A stretch of DNA of 59,970 bases, counting the filler, from Circinaria calcarea (taxonomy: Eukaryota), in the NCBI GenBank assembly GCA_051942165.1. It is 3 parts of 3 records of this genome, joined end to end, with 100 filler letters (N's around TTAATTAATTAA, not from the genome) between each part and the next. Parts side by side here need not be neighbours in the genome. Positions count along the whole stretch, not along the records: positions 1 to 20,042 come from JAVECS010000186.1; 2 more parts are not named here. The stretch is one strand, 5' to 3'. Below, piece after piece: positions 1 to 12,200 of the stretch (position 1 is the stretch's first letter; each line of letters starts with the position of its first letter). The notes under the pieces are model-generated. The model saw only the letters and a program-made list of their open reading frames with translations, was not told where the DNA came from and did not search any database. The position numbers and the translations under genes were made by a program.

Positions 1-270
1 TACAAGTTGAACATATCAACACAAGTTAACATAGGTGATGAAAAGAAGAGTGTTAGCCCAATTATTATATCTAAACTAACAACATTGGCAAAATTAACGG
101 CTTGACTCGACCACAGTCACTCCTTCCATTGGGCATACCCAATGGAAGGAGTGACTGTGGTCGAGTCAAGCCGTTAATTTTGCCAATGTTGTTAGTTTAG
201 ATATAATAATTGGGCTAACACTCTTCTTTTCATCACCTATGTTAACTTGTGTTGATATGTTCAACTTGTA
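1..270. repeat. Perfect inverted repeat (foldback palindrome): 133-nt arms, 4-nt centre CATA
   Basis: 1-133 is the reverse complement of 138-270. It starts tacaagttga, ends tcaacttgta, and is centred on ccattggg-cata-cccaatgg. Confidence 0.97.
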
Positions 271-523
271 TTGATGACTCAAGACTCTGCCAGCTAATCT
301 ATTTCTTACTCCGTTAGGACCTCACAAATACTGCCTTACCATTCATCTCCTGCAATCATCTTTATTACGCCTACATACAGAGCGCGCACTGATTCAAGCT
401 CCTGCTACTGGGCTGTGGCTCTGCCATCATCGTCGCTTCGTGCTATATCACAACCTGCGCAGTCTCACCATTCGCAGCTCGCCTCTCACAGTTATCTTAT
501 CATTTTGGATTCTCCACAACACT

Positions 524-1933
524 ATGTTAAGCACACAAACGAAGCCCATCGTCGCTGATGTAGCCCGTCGTTCTACAACCGGGGCCGTGTCAAAGAAAGC
601 TGTTGGGCTTCTCGATATGCCACCGGAGCTACGAAACTTGATATACCAGATGCTTCTCACTACAGAATACACGTTCAAGAAGGTTTCTGTGATGACGGGG
701 CATGAGGCTCATTATGAGCTTACACCAGCAGTCCTACGGGTCAACAAGCAGATCTATCGTGAAGCCCGCAATATTCTGTACTACGGGAACCTCTGGATTA
801 TTGTGCGAGGTGACGAGGGCATAATCGGTAAACCTGGCGAGATAGGAAGATATCTACCCAAGGTATGCAGGAGTCCTGGCAAGGTCGTCATGCAGCCTGC
901 AATGTGTATCAAACTTAGCTTTCTCCCATCCTGGCAAGAAAGTAAGCTGGTGAACGTGGTCATGGGCGAAGAGAGTATCGAGTACCTAATCGACTGTCTT
1001 TGGACAAGAAAACTGCGGAGGACCAACCAAGGGATTTCTAACTACCTTCGACACATTCATATCTCGCTTTCGTTGGGGAGGTCCAAGATGTGTAACCGGC
1101 AGCAACTCCAACAGCGTCTGCTAAAGCCCTTTTTCAACGTACACGGCTATGGTCAAGTCACTCTCAAGGGGGCCATCGACGAGCAATTCGGCCGACAGCT
1201 CTACCGACGATTAATCACTATCTACCCGGGGACCAATGAGCTTGTGTACGTCGGACGGGGTTTTCTCGACAAAGGTGACGCCATGTTCGCTCAGGGACGT
1301 TTTGACGAAGCGTATCACAACTACTGCCACGCACAAAAATACACTGTCCACGTACCCCTATACCCCGGCACCGTCCGGGAAGCGCAATTCATCCGCGACT
1401 CTGTCACCTTCACTGCCCTGAGGCGAATGGCTAAGGCGCTTCTGGCTATGAAGCTGTGTGACCGCGCATACGTCTTCCTCCGCATCGTCTTCAGCATCCC
1501 GCACGACCAGCTACCCTATCACGCCACGCCAACCGAGCGAGCGAAGTGGCACCTCCTCTGCGGTTTCGTGGGCATCGGGCTCGGGAATGAGGCACTGTTT
1601 CGGGTGGTCAATAAACCCGATCGGCCTCCCCCTGCGCACTACGGTCAGAGTATGGCAGTCCAGCGGACAATCAGTAGCCCTGGCCAACCGTTCCCGCCGC
1701 CGGGCACGCACTTCGCTCGCAACATGGCTGCTTATAACTTTTTCAACGCCGAGTGGCTGGCAACAACCCGTCCGGCGCCGATAATCGAAGAGTTTCACGA
1801 GTTGAGGAAACGAGTTAAGGGATTGGGGCTTTGGGAGGTGGATGAGGAGTTCGATCGGGCCTGGTCGGAGACATTCTCCATGGCGAATGAGAGGTTCCAA
1901 CCACGGGAGTCCGTCAAGGAGATGCGCACGTGA
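524..1933 (+). CDS. F-box-like N-terminal motif protein with C-terminal TPR-like helices (paralogue 1 of 3), intronless
   Basis: ORF 440-1933, first ATG at 524. Motifs: GLLDMPPELRNLIYQMLL, PAVLRVNKQIYREARNILYYGNLW, LQQRLLKPFFNVHG, and TPR-like KGDAMFAQGRFDEAYHNYCHA. Confidence 0.8.
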   Translation: MLSTQTKPIVADVARRSTTGAVSKKAVGLLDMPPELRNLIYQMLLTTEYTFKKVSVMTGHEAHYELTPAVLRVNKQIYREARNILYYGNLWIIVRGDEGIIGKPGEIGRYLPKVCRSPGKVVMQPAMCIKLSFLPSWQESKLVNVVMGEESIEYLIDCLWTRKLRRTNQGISNYLRHIHISLSLGRSKMCNRQQLQQRLLKPFFNVHGYGQVTLKGAIDEQFGRQLYRRLITIYPGTNELVYVGRGFLDKGDAMFAQGRFDEAYHNYCHAQKYTVHVPLYPGTVREAQFIRDSVTFTALRRMAKALLAMKLCDRAYVFLRIVFSIPHDQLPYHATPTERAKWHLLCGFVGIGLGNEALFRVVNKPDRPPPAHYGQSMAVQRTISSPGQPFPPPGTHFARNMAAYNFFNAEWLATTRPAPIIEEFHELRKRVKGLGLWEVDEEFDRAWSETFSMANERFQPRESVKEMRT

Positions 1934-3895
1934 TACCCGTATTAGGCTGTGTTCTCGTTCATGTCTGGTTCGGTATGGCTTACCCTTGGTTTGCAAGGGG
2001 AGTTCTTCTGCTTGGTGTGGCGTTATGTTAAGGGGTATTGGTACAAGGACGAGGATTTTACTTGACATTTGGAGATGGACAGGGAAATAATCGGAGGTCG
2101 CATGCAGAGAAAGGCGTCTGCGGACTCGTTGGTGATTAACTTGGTCTACAGAGAGAGGGCTATTGGAGTTTGGGCGGGTTTTCCCGAATGCGGGTATGTG
2201 TGGGCATCTCCCACCACGAAACTTGAAACCGGAACGAGTTTCCAATGGCATATTGTGGGCCTTTTGGGCCTCACAACCATTTGTTATGTTACTTTACTTT
2301 AATGAGAGCAGAAGAGAGGAGAATTGCATCGATAACGCAGAAAGGGCTAGCTACATAGCGTATTTACCGGATAGGTAGACACGGGGTGGAATTCAGTGTA
2401 TTGTCCATTCATTTGCCTTGACGTTCCAAATACGCTAATACACGCACGCTCCTGCTTGCAGAAATGTAGATTGTTCACCGCTGTCATGTCTTCTATTCTA
2501 GTCTCTTAGTCACACCGCGTGGCGGGGAAGGAGTGGATTTAAAGTCCCACGTCACTCCATTACTTGTTAAGCTTCAAAAAGATCAAGTGAAAAAGGGAGG
2601 GGTGATCTACAATTCTCTCCGCGATAGTGTATTCATATTTCCGGCACATTTGGGACGCTAACCTCTGACCTCTAACTTTGACTTTGTACATGTACATGTA
2701 GAACGGGGATATGAATCTTACCGTTTTACGGGAAGGGACCACGCGAATGTTTCGGACTGTGGTTTTTTACTAATGTCGACATGAAGACGCAACTAATCTA
2801 ATCAATTCAATCGTAACCCGGGGAGGGAGGGAAAAGGATGGGTTAAATCTTCCAGAAAACCACCCTAACCTTTCTGATTTTACAACCGACTTAATCCGAC
2901 CGACCACCTCTCCCCTCCCCAGGACCCCAAACCAAACCAGTGTATTTTTCCCAACTCAGCAAAACCACCTTCATGCCTCATGCATCTCAACTTTGCGGGT
3001 TCCGGTTTCGGAAACCCTGGGCTCACGATTCCGCGGGAAATACTTCTCCCAAGTTGCGAGTTCTCGAAATCAACTCCAAGCGAACGGAGATGCAAATACT
3101 CGGAGAAGAGATAATGGGAGTCTATCGAATCCCTACGTTATACGGGACGTTTGCGGGAGGTGAGAGGAAGGAAGCATGGTGGTGTAGCCCGTGACCGGGG
3201 GTTATTGAGGGGGGTTTCTCCCCGACCTATCCTAGAAGCTTGGAAATAAGTACCAGGAATCGAATCCGGGCACTCAATCCCACCCGTAGAGGGTCCAAAG
3301 TGGGTAATCCCCGGGTGCCCGAGGTATTTAAAAAATCTGGTGATCCCACTCGTGCTGTTCTTCGTACTGCGGATTCTCTCGATTAGGAGATCAGGCTCCG
3401 GTATAGCTGTTTGGTGGGCAATCTGTACCCCAGCTCCTGCGGTCCGAGTTTGCCCTACACTAGAGGCTTGGGGGTGGGGTGTAGGGAAAAGGGGAAGAGG
3501 GTAAGGAGAGGAACCCGTTACGAATCTCGAGGGTAAACAAAGGGTTGGATACAATGGTGATGGTGGTTGTAGTGATGATAGGAAATGGCATGCGAGGTGG
3601 GAATGTTCAGGACTTATACTTGGAAGTACTCAGCAAGGCTTATAAGGATGACTAGTACTGCATAGGGACACATAAGCTTGGTGGATATGGTGGTGCAGGG
3701 ACATAAGTATTTCCAATTGACCAACCACGAAAAATTTTCTGAAAAGTCCGATGAAATCTCAACCGCACTCTCGATCATTGCCCAGAAAGTCCATAGATGC
3801 CTAGTATAAATATGACTCATAATGGTTTCGTACCTAATTACGCATGGGTGCGAGATAAGTAGTCGAACGAAGCTTGGTTGAAGTTGGGTTATATA

Positions 3896-5217
3896 TTAGG
3901 CTAATGTCAAGTCCGACACAGCATCGGCTAGTCTCCGCGCTTCGTGCTCCTCGCATATTTCCTTCACCTTATCTCGAACCTCGGACCAGTACAGTTTGCC
4001 GTGCACCTGCACTAGTTCTCCCAGTTGTCCCGATAGGAGATGCTCTACATTTTGCATGAACGGGCCCGTCAGATCAGGGTTTGCTTCAACTGCTTTGAAA
4101 AGGTTAGACAGACAGCGCGATACCTCATCCCACGCATCATATGGGTCGCGAGACGGTGATTGAATCTCACAGCCATGATATGCTAGTGCTCGATATAGCC
4201 AAACCATAGCTTTTTGCGAGGGGGTCATACGACCACGAAATCTGAGTGCGTGGTCACTATGCGTTGGTACCCAGTGATATTGTTCAAGCTTTAGAGCAAT
4301 CTTCGTGAGTTCCATCTGTGTCACAAATCTCGCAGTGAATACAGTCGGTTGGTCCGTGTCCCGTCTAGATCGGGGAACACCTCGCCGAGAGGTAGCAGCC
4401 TGCACGCGCAGTATCGTTGGTACATCTCGGCACGGATCATGTACTCATATGCTGCCACATACGATTGAGATGCGTAGGCTGCAGAACATCCATCAAGGAG
4501 AGACTGAAGATTCGGCAGGAATTCTTCGGGGTTGGTAGGGAAGCGCTTCATTTTCTGAAAAAGAACGTTGCGGTATTGTGGATGGATTTCTCCACAGACC
4601 TTGGCCTTGGCAGTGCCTTGTACCATCTCAAACGGTTTGAGGAGTGTTGCTTGTAGATTGGCTTAAGAACGAACTAAGCAAGTACCCAATCGAAGTCCAA
4701 TGAAAGACTTTGTTAGAGTTTCAATCTCCCGAATCCGGACTCGGTTACAAAATAACATCCAAAGGCGGAGGATTAGGTAGCGTAGTCCTTCGGGTCCCAT
4801 CACCAAAATGTCTCGTCTCTGATTGGGATACGGACTTTTGGAGCATCCTAATTCAATATCCAATGTCGCTTTGATCTTCGAAGAAGGGGCTCTCCGGCTT
4901 ATGAAAGGTAATTTCCCTCTTACAGCGAAGTATACCTGCACAACTTGGTGGTCATATCCGTAGCTGACATCCATTGTGGAGCAGTCATCATTAAAATGCG
5001 GGCAATTTGGACGTACGAAGATCCATGCGTTCTCTTTGTAGAATACATGACTCGCCTCGTGGAAAATCTGTCTATTGACTCATAGCATAGATAGTGAAAA
5101 CTTCCATTCTGGCGCCTTGTCGCGGCCGGCTTCGACATAGGTAGATTCCGTCCTTAGTAGAAGTCGATAGATCTCGACCCGTAGTTCCGCCGGAAGATCG
5201 AGGAACCCGTTTGGCAT
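3896..5217 (-). pseudogene. Pseudogene of the same F-box-like/TPR-like family (paralogue 2 of 3)
   Basis: From ATG 5217: MPNGFLDLPAELRVEIYRLLL...SML*VNRQIFHEASHVFYKENAW (TGA 5082-5080). The same frame continues through ORF 4663-4974 to TAA 4665-4663, then ANLQATLLKPFEMVQG (ORF 4321-4626). A frameshift near 4350 leads into ORF 3896-4405. Confidence 0.85.
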
Positions 5218-6468
5218 GTTGATCCAAAGAAATGGTAATCTGCAACAAAAGTTGTGACAAGCAGGAGAGGAGCTCGCTATAATTTTATAGTGGCGTCGCA
5301 GATAACGAATGGGAAAGTCATGAAAGACAGTAATAAAGCGGGGGTTTACTCGGGTACGCCTGACTCCAAGGAGCATTATAAATAATCGCGGAAGACGACG
5401 AAATCTCATCATCATCGTCATCTGTTCCACCTGAATTGGTAAGTTTCTCACTCCACAAAGGATAAGAATGTAAACCAACTGTTGAAGGTGTTAATTACTG
5501 TCTGCAATGGTGTCGAATGAACTAATCCTATACTTGGGGGTTACTCTTGCAAGCACAACATTTAGAAGAGAGCTCATGACCTTAAGAGTATATCTATTAC
5601 GTGTCAGGATTAAAAGCTAGGGGCGAGCTGGAGCAAGTCAAGCGGACTTTGTACCTTGATACAAGGAAATAGCGCCTCTCCCGAATTCAGCAGAGTAAGA
5701 CTGTCCAAGGAACAAGAGTATACCACGGAGCCAGATCGAGAGAAATCCTCATGGGAACAGTATCTATTCCGTTGATAACGGAGAAACACGACTGGACATC
5801 CAGGTTAAGATCGTATTCTGCAGAGTCTAGCTTACTACGTAGACTCGGGCTGTTTCGGGCAAGGAGTTTTGCCGGTGAACCCGGTCTGCCAAGCTCTGAA
5901 CTTCTTTGAGCTATAATCACCAATTGCCTAAGAAAGAAAACGGACTCCCCATGGGACCTATTTCCGAATCTTGGTTATAATTATGAGCCTATGTGGTAAC
6001 TGAATTTCTTGGCTGATTCTGTTTGGCTCTGACTAAATAAACTCCCTGCGTCGCTACGGTACAATTGTGATGAATTTTATTGTCAGGCCCTACGGTTAGG
6101 GGGTGGCAATACGTCGCTTAGATGGCGTCTTGGCGTATAGTGAAAACCTTTCACTCGCACACTTCTTCTTCTGTAATGATTAGTTCTCGCACATACTGCG
6201 TATAGCCATCGTATTGCTCGTGCCTCACGTTACCACATACCTTAGCTTTAGATACTTTTCCAGTAAAGTATTCTACGGCATCACATTTATCGGTATATAT
6301 AGATGTTTCTTCTTCTTCAAATTTATTATGAGAGCCAAAACTATTAAGCTGAGTATCCCAACCCCATCAGTAATGCTTTATCTTTATCAGGAGACCTAGT
6401 GTCAGATGCATTTTCATATGAATCACTCCCCCCTTTTGTGTATACCTCAGGGAGCACTGAGGTGTTGT

Positions 6469-6755
6469 CAAGGCTGCCAATAGTACAGTCGGTACAGTAT
6501 GGGCTAAGTGCACTGTACTGTACTGCCATTACGATATGTGCTGCACTGATAATGCAGTCCTATGTGTAGCCTCGCAGGGTTTTCCTCCTAACACCCTCCC
6601 CATTTTATGCCCGGATTTTTGCGTGCCCGACAACCGAGACCATTAGCCCCTGTTTAGCGAGATTAGCTGCATTGTCAGTTTGTGATATTAGCACAGTACA
6701 AGGCCTATACTGATACTACACTGCGGAGCTCTTGTCTGTACTATTGGCAGCCTCG
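6469..6755. mobile_element. Degenerate hAT-like MITE (287 bp)
   Basis: TIRs caaggctgccaatagtacag (6469-6488) and ctgtactattggcagcctcg (6736-6755), one mismatch. Flanking 8-bp near-direct repeat ggtgttgt (6461-6468) / ggtgttgc (6756-6763). An 8-bp TSD is typical of hAT elements. Confidence 0.65.
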
Positions 6756-7181
6756 GGTGTTGCTATATTCTATAGGTTTGTCCAGTGTCGAGTGACATGT
6801 ACAGTGTGTTCCACGAAGGGGGTAAAATAGCCTGCTTCAAAACACGTAAAGCAAAACAACAGTGTGAATCTCAGCTCTAACAAAACTTAGCCGATATAGG
6901 CATCTTGCAAATATCTTGAATAGGTGTTGACTCATATGTGGTTTCGCTAGCAGCAGGTCATTCACCGTATTATATCTCGTTCTCCTACACACAACTCATC
7001 TTCTCGAGACCGGTTCTTATCTACAGTCATTGGCGTTCATCTTAAGTCAAATACAAGGACTTGCCCTCTACTGTGGATATACTCCTTTCACGAGCGTACT
7101 CGTCTTCTGAAATCACAGCACATTTTTATTTCTTAATTCACATAACACAGAGCCCCTCAAAGTTGCAAGCTCTGGCTTAAC

Positions 7182-8459
7182 ATGGTCAGTAATCCTGGAG
7201 TAAGACCTGCGCCTACTGGGTTTCTAGATCTCCCTCCCGAAATCCGACACATGGTTTATCGGAAACTTCTGTCGACTTCTGAGACCTATCAAGGATATCG
7301 CGATTTTGATCCACCAAGGTCCGACTACCAGCTATACCCTAGTATACTAAGAGTCAACCATCGCATCTATCAGGAGACACATAGAATCCTTTATGATGAA
7401 AACGCATGGATTATCTTAAAAACTGTCTTTGATAACTCTGGTGACGCGAGCTATCCTTGGGATCATCACCCAATTAAGCTGGCCAAAGAGGTACCAGCGG
7501 TTCATAGGCAGGCTCTTACCATTATCATAAAGAAGAGAGAGACCTCATTTAAACAACGCCTTTTCACCTTCATTTTGGGCCCAGAGAGTCTAGAAAGATT
7601 CATAATGTGTATGCTCCAAACAATCACCAACCTTGCCGGAGACCAATCGACCAGAGATCTATCGGTTCAGCTACTCTTAGCTCGCTCGAGAGCACATTCG
7701 CGCAACCAGCTGCAGCGCCTCCTTCTAACGCCATTCTTCGACGTCCAAGGGTTTACAGCCGTTAGCATCGTTGGCAATGTCGATTGTGACTTCGGGATTC
7801 ATCTCTTCACCCAGATGATAGGACCCATGGATAATGCAGGTCGAATAAAAACTATCGTACAGAATCTGGTCTCGAGAGGTCATGCTGCCTCCTCTCAAGG
7901 TCGGACATTCGAAGCTTGCATCGTCTGGCGCGACGCAATCCGGTACACCCTTCATTTCAATAGCCTCTGTCACGCGGGACTTGGGCCTGCTTCTGCGCCG
8001 GTGGCTCAAGCTATCAAAGCACAGCTTGTAGAAGTTAGGTTCGCAACGTACTTGGACATAGGGCGGTGCTTAATTCAAGCCGGTCGTTCGGAACTGGCCA
8101 TCAAGCATTATCAGCTGACACCTAAGCTGTTCCTTCGACCACCACTTACACGGAATTCCTACGACCACGCTCGTGCAATGCTGTACGGCAGCCTTGGTCA
8201 TGCGCTGCGCCGAGACGATCAGCTCGCCCATGATATAATGGAGCGGAGTTTCTTCCACGTCTGCTTGGACGTCAAGCTCTGTTTCAAACTAATCAGAGAA
8301 TGTGAAGAGCTGGTGGGGCCTCGAGGGTTTACTGCATGTCCCATAACCGAAGCTTACTTTGATGGCGTCAGAAAGGAGTGGTTGAAAAAGAGCTGGAAAG
8401 AAATTATGATACAAATTAGGGCGACAAAAACGGATAGTGGCCCCGGCGTATCGCCATGA
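7182..8459 (+). CDS. F-box-like N-terminal motif protein with C-terminal TPR-like helices (paralogue 3 of 3), intronless
   Basis: 425-aa ORF. Motifs: GFLDLPPEIRHMVYRKLL, PSILRVNHRIYQETHRILYDENAW, LQRLLLTPFFDVQG, SRGHAASSQGRTFEACIVWRDA. Confidence 0.85.
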   Translation: MVSNPGVRPAPTGFLDLPPEIRHMVYRKLLSTSETYQGYRDFDPPRSDYQLYPSILRVNHRIYQETHRILYDENAWIILKTVFDNSGDASYPWDHHPIKLAKEVPAVHRQALTIIIKKRETSFKQRLFTFILGPESLERFIMCMLQTITNLAGDQSTRDLSVQLLLARSRAHSRNQLQRLLLTPFFDVQGFTAVSIVGNVDCDFGIHLFTQMIGPMDNAGRIKTIVQNLVSRGHAASSQGRTFEACIVWRDAIRYTLHFNSLCHAGLGPASAPVAQAIKAQLVEVRFATYLDIGRCLIQAGRSELAIKHYQLTPKLFLRPPLTRNSYDHARAMLYGSLGHALRRDDQLAHDIMERSFFHVCLDVKLCFKLIRECEELVGPRGFTACPITEAYFDGVRKEWLKKSWKEIMIQIRATKTDSGPGVSP

Positions 8460-9269
8460 AGTTATATCTATTGTTGATGAGGACATGTTGGGTGTCATCC
8501 CTTTGCGATACTTTCCATATGGTGAAAAAGGCTTCAGAGAGGAGGAAACGTGCCTTAACAAATCTGCAGGATTCTGGCAACTAAAAGTTGAATTTCGGAT
8601 TTAGGAGAACATGCTTGTGCTTTTGCTTCGTAAGATAAGTAAACGTCACTAGAGCATAGAACACTGCGAAATAAAACACCGAGGCGCTATATGACATTGC
8701 TACTCACTGCAGCTAACACATCCTTCTCAACCGTTCAACAATTCTTTGGTCTTCATCCCAGAACCACCTGTTGACCTGAAATCCTGAAATAGACCTACCA
8801 TCTCCAGAACCTTTTCCCGAACATTATTCCACCCATCATCAAATCGGCCTGATCAAGCCGAGGATGGATAATTATCACTCCGCAAACTGAATACGGTTCC
8901 TGAAACACTCGCTTTTGCTCCTAATGATCGAGGCCAAGAACACTCGTGGGGTGAGAATTTCGTCGTGATTCTATGGGAACGGAGATCCTGATTATTAAAT
9001 GACGTTCGATGTAAGAACTCGATACTACTCTTTTTTAGCATAGTGTAGGCGTATATTTTAACTGTTAGGTACGATGCCAAACGCTGTATTAATGTAGTTC
9101 TTACCACACCGTTGATAGTATCGCGAGCAATGCTTCGATTTACGGCCCCATTTTATTTATAAACGTGGATTTTCAACGTAACAGATTCCTCTTAAGGCAC
9201 GCTATCGGGAGTATATAAATTTTGGGGGGTGTGGGAAAGTATTTCATATTCGGAGCACCGGCTATATGT

Positions 9270-12200
9270 CTAGAATAGAAACCGCAGTTTGTTTTTCAAA
9301 CTCTTCCCAAAACGCCTTGAACTCTTCGAAGTCGTGTCGGTATGATTGGGATTCCCGTTAGCAGAAGCATTAGTACCCGCCTCTGCAGAGGCATCAGCGG
9401 GCGCCACGGACGAACTGCCGACGGTTTCTTGCGTCGGTGAAGCCGATTGTTGGTTCTGAAAGCGTTCATCCCATAGCAAACGGTACTTATCCTCTTCATT
9501 GAGAGCTTGCTTAAGCTCATCCTGATCGGCTTCATAGGTGAAAAGGGCAGGCTCCCGTCTCTCAAAATCCCGATCCCATTGTTCACGCCTGTTCATCTCG
9601 TTCCATAGATCAGTTTCCCCTTCGGAAGCACTTTTCACTAGTTGGTGTGAGTTGGGCGTAGAAGACCTTAACCGTATGAGGATAGGATACACTCACCTGT
9701 GCTCCCTTCCATTTCCATTGAGCAACATGCAAATTGAACATCAACGAAGCGACGAGCTAGAACATACAAGGAGGGATTTAATCTGCCACAGAAAGCTCGC
9801 TTGTCAAGGCCCGTAACTATGAAGGGGCCCCAATAAGTATGAAGACCATGAATATGAGTAGGTCGTCTATACGTACGTTGAAGTCGTTCTGAAGATTCTA
9901 AGGCTTCCGTGGATAAAGCAAAGAGATGCGTAGAGGCATCTGTGGCAGCCGAAGATGAAAACACTGCGTCAACCACAACTAACTTGAACACCTTCCGCTG
10001 GCAGGAAAGATCCTTATCAGTCCAAGTGCCTGAGATATAGCCATGGCACTTGACCTCGGTTCCGTTTGAGAGCTGCGGCAAAGAAAAGCCTTTGGGTAAG
10101 GTATGTAGAGTGAACTGCTGCCAATCTGCCCATTTCGAAGAAACAAGGTTATACATTGGCTCGGGTTCATTTGAATGCAGTAGAGCAGAATCCGCTGGTA
10201 TACCGTTAAAGAAGCCTCCAGTTTCAAAAACGCAGCTTAAGGCGTCGTACTAGTAAACCTGATCAGCTAGAATTCTCAACGATGGCAGCAGTATTTACCT
10301 ACACTCAAGGCTGGATAACTTGTTAAACCGAATTCTCCATCATTTTGTCCCAGATTTTCTGATACGAATGTTCTCCTCAAGTTTGTGCACTTTGATGGGA
10401 GTATCCGGCTGGGCTCATCGTCGAATGAGAAGTCTATACTGCGATCTTCCGATGCTTTGACATATTCGAGATACGGCTCTTTATATCTAAAGCTCCGAGT
10501 GCTTCTGAAATGAGTGTAGGAGATATACGGGACCTGCAAGTTAACCGACAAATCATCTTGTACGAGGCTTCTGAACTTGAAAGCTTCAGGTTCCAGATTT
10601 GGATTATATCTTTCTGCCTGACCCTTAGCTAATAAGCTAACTTCTTTACTGTGGTTCCATGCTTCCTTCTTTTCGTCTTCAGAAGGAGATACTGGTAAGA
10701 GCTCGACATCTCCTATAGATAGAGTGTACAGGTAGTAATCTGCCCATCGGAGATCATACGGGGTAAGATGACGCGAAAGGTCGTCATTAAGTCTGACCAT
10801 ATCCCTCCAGCCACGCCCAGGTGTGTACTTTCCTTCTACTTCCGGTGCTCTTTCCAAGTCATTGACTGATGTCTCACATATGGCTTGGCGATGCTTTGTG
10901 ATATACTGATAAACCATGAGTCCAGCATCTTCAGGCTTTTCCCGCATAATCGTTTTGGAAAGCACTGCCAGGAACCATATCGTATGGTCGTGTTCCTCTC
11001 CGAATACCCGTTTTGCAGTCTCATACATTTCGCGCAACGTTGATTCAGCTTTGTCTAATTCATGGGTTCTCTTGTATAGCATTGCCAGCTCGTACGCACA
11101 ATCCATTGACGAGGGACTGCTACATCCATGAAGTTCTTGAAGCCCAGAGAGAGCACGCAGAAGTAAAGCTGCCGCTTCATGTGTCCAGGGTGTCACACTC
11201 TGTGTTCTGCAATTCCACGCCTGCATCCAATCCATGCGACGGGCATCTATATAATCCGTCGCTTTTAATTTTTCTTGCTTCTCAATGGCCTGAGCTGTGC
11301 CCCGAAGCAGATGAATAATATCAGGATGATTCGAGCCATATACCGGCTCAGCGATACTAAGGACTTGCTTCTGGAGCTTACACAACCAATCGAGATCACA
11401 ATCTTGAAGTACTTGCGAGCAGTAGCAGAGTATGACTCGAGTGATATACAGAAGCCCAGAGAGAGCACGCAGAAGTAAAGCCGCCGCTTTATATTTCCAA
11501 GATGTCATATTCTGTATTCTGTAATCCCATGCCTTCCTGCGATCTATGCGGCGGGCGTGTGAATAATCTCTCGCTCTTTGAATTTCTTGCGTCTGAATGG
11601 CCTTAGCTATACCTCGAAGTAGGTGGATGATATCAGGATGATTCGAGCCATATACTGGCTCGGCGATATTAAGGACTTGCCTCTGGAGCTTCCACAACCA
11701 GTTGAGATTAAGGTTTTGAAGTACTTGGGAGAAGTAGCAGAATATGACTCGAGTGGCATACACAAGCCCAGAGAGAGCACGCAGCTGTAAAACCGCCGCT
11801 TCATACTTCCAGGGTGCCATACTCAGTGTTCTGTAATCCCACGCCCGTCTGCGATCTATGCGACGGGCGTGTGAATAATCCCTCGCCCTTTGAATCTCTT
11901 GCGTTTGAATGGCTTGAGCTGTGCCCCGAAGCAGGTGGATGATATCAGGATGATTCGAGCCATACACAGGCTCAGCGATACTAAGGACCTGCCTATGGAG
12001 TTTACACAACCAGTAGCCATCACGAAATATTGGTACTTGCGAGCAGTAGCAGAGTATGACTCGGGTGGTATACAGAGCCTCTGGATCTCCATAGCCTCCT
12101 TCTTTCTCGACGACCTTGTCGAAGTAACTCAGGTGATCCTGACCACGTTCATCTGCAACGGTACTAAAATCCGGAAATTGCAAGAAAAAAGTGTTGATTA

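Noticed and set aside
1..270. Telomere or RNA gene at the window start
   Set aside because: No TTAGGG/CCCTAA array, and no tRNA or rRNA signature was recognised here or elsewhere in the window by eye.
2760..3560. C-rich and G-rich tracts flanking a motif-rich non-coding stretch, as a possible TE remnant
   Set aside because: I could not define TIRs, a TSD or any coding relic.
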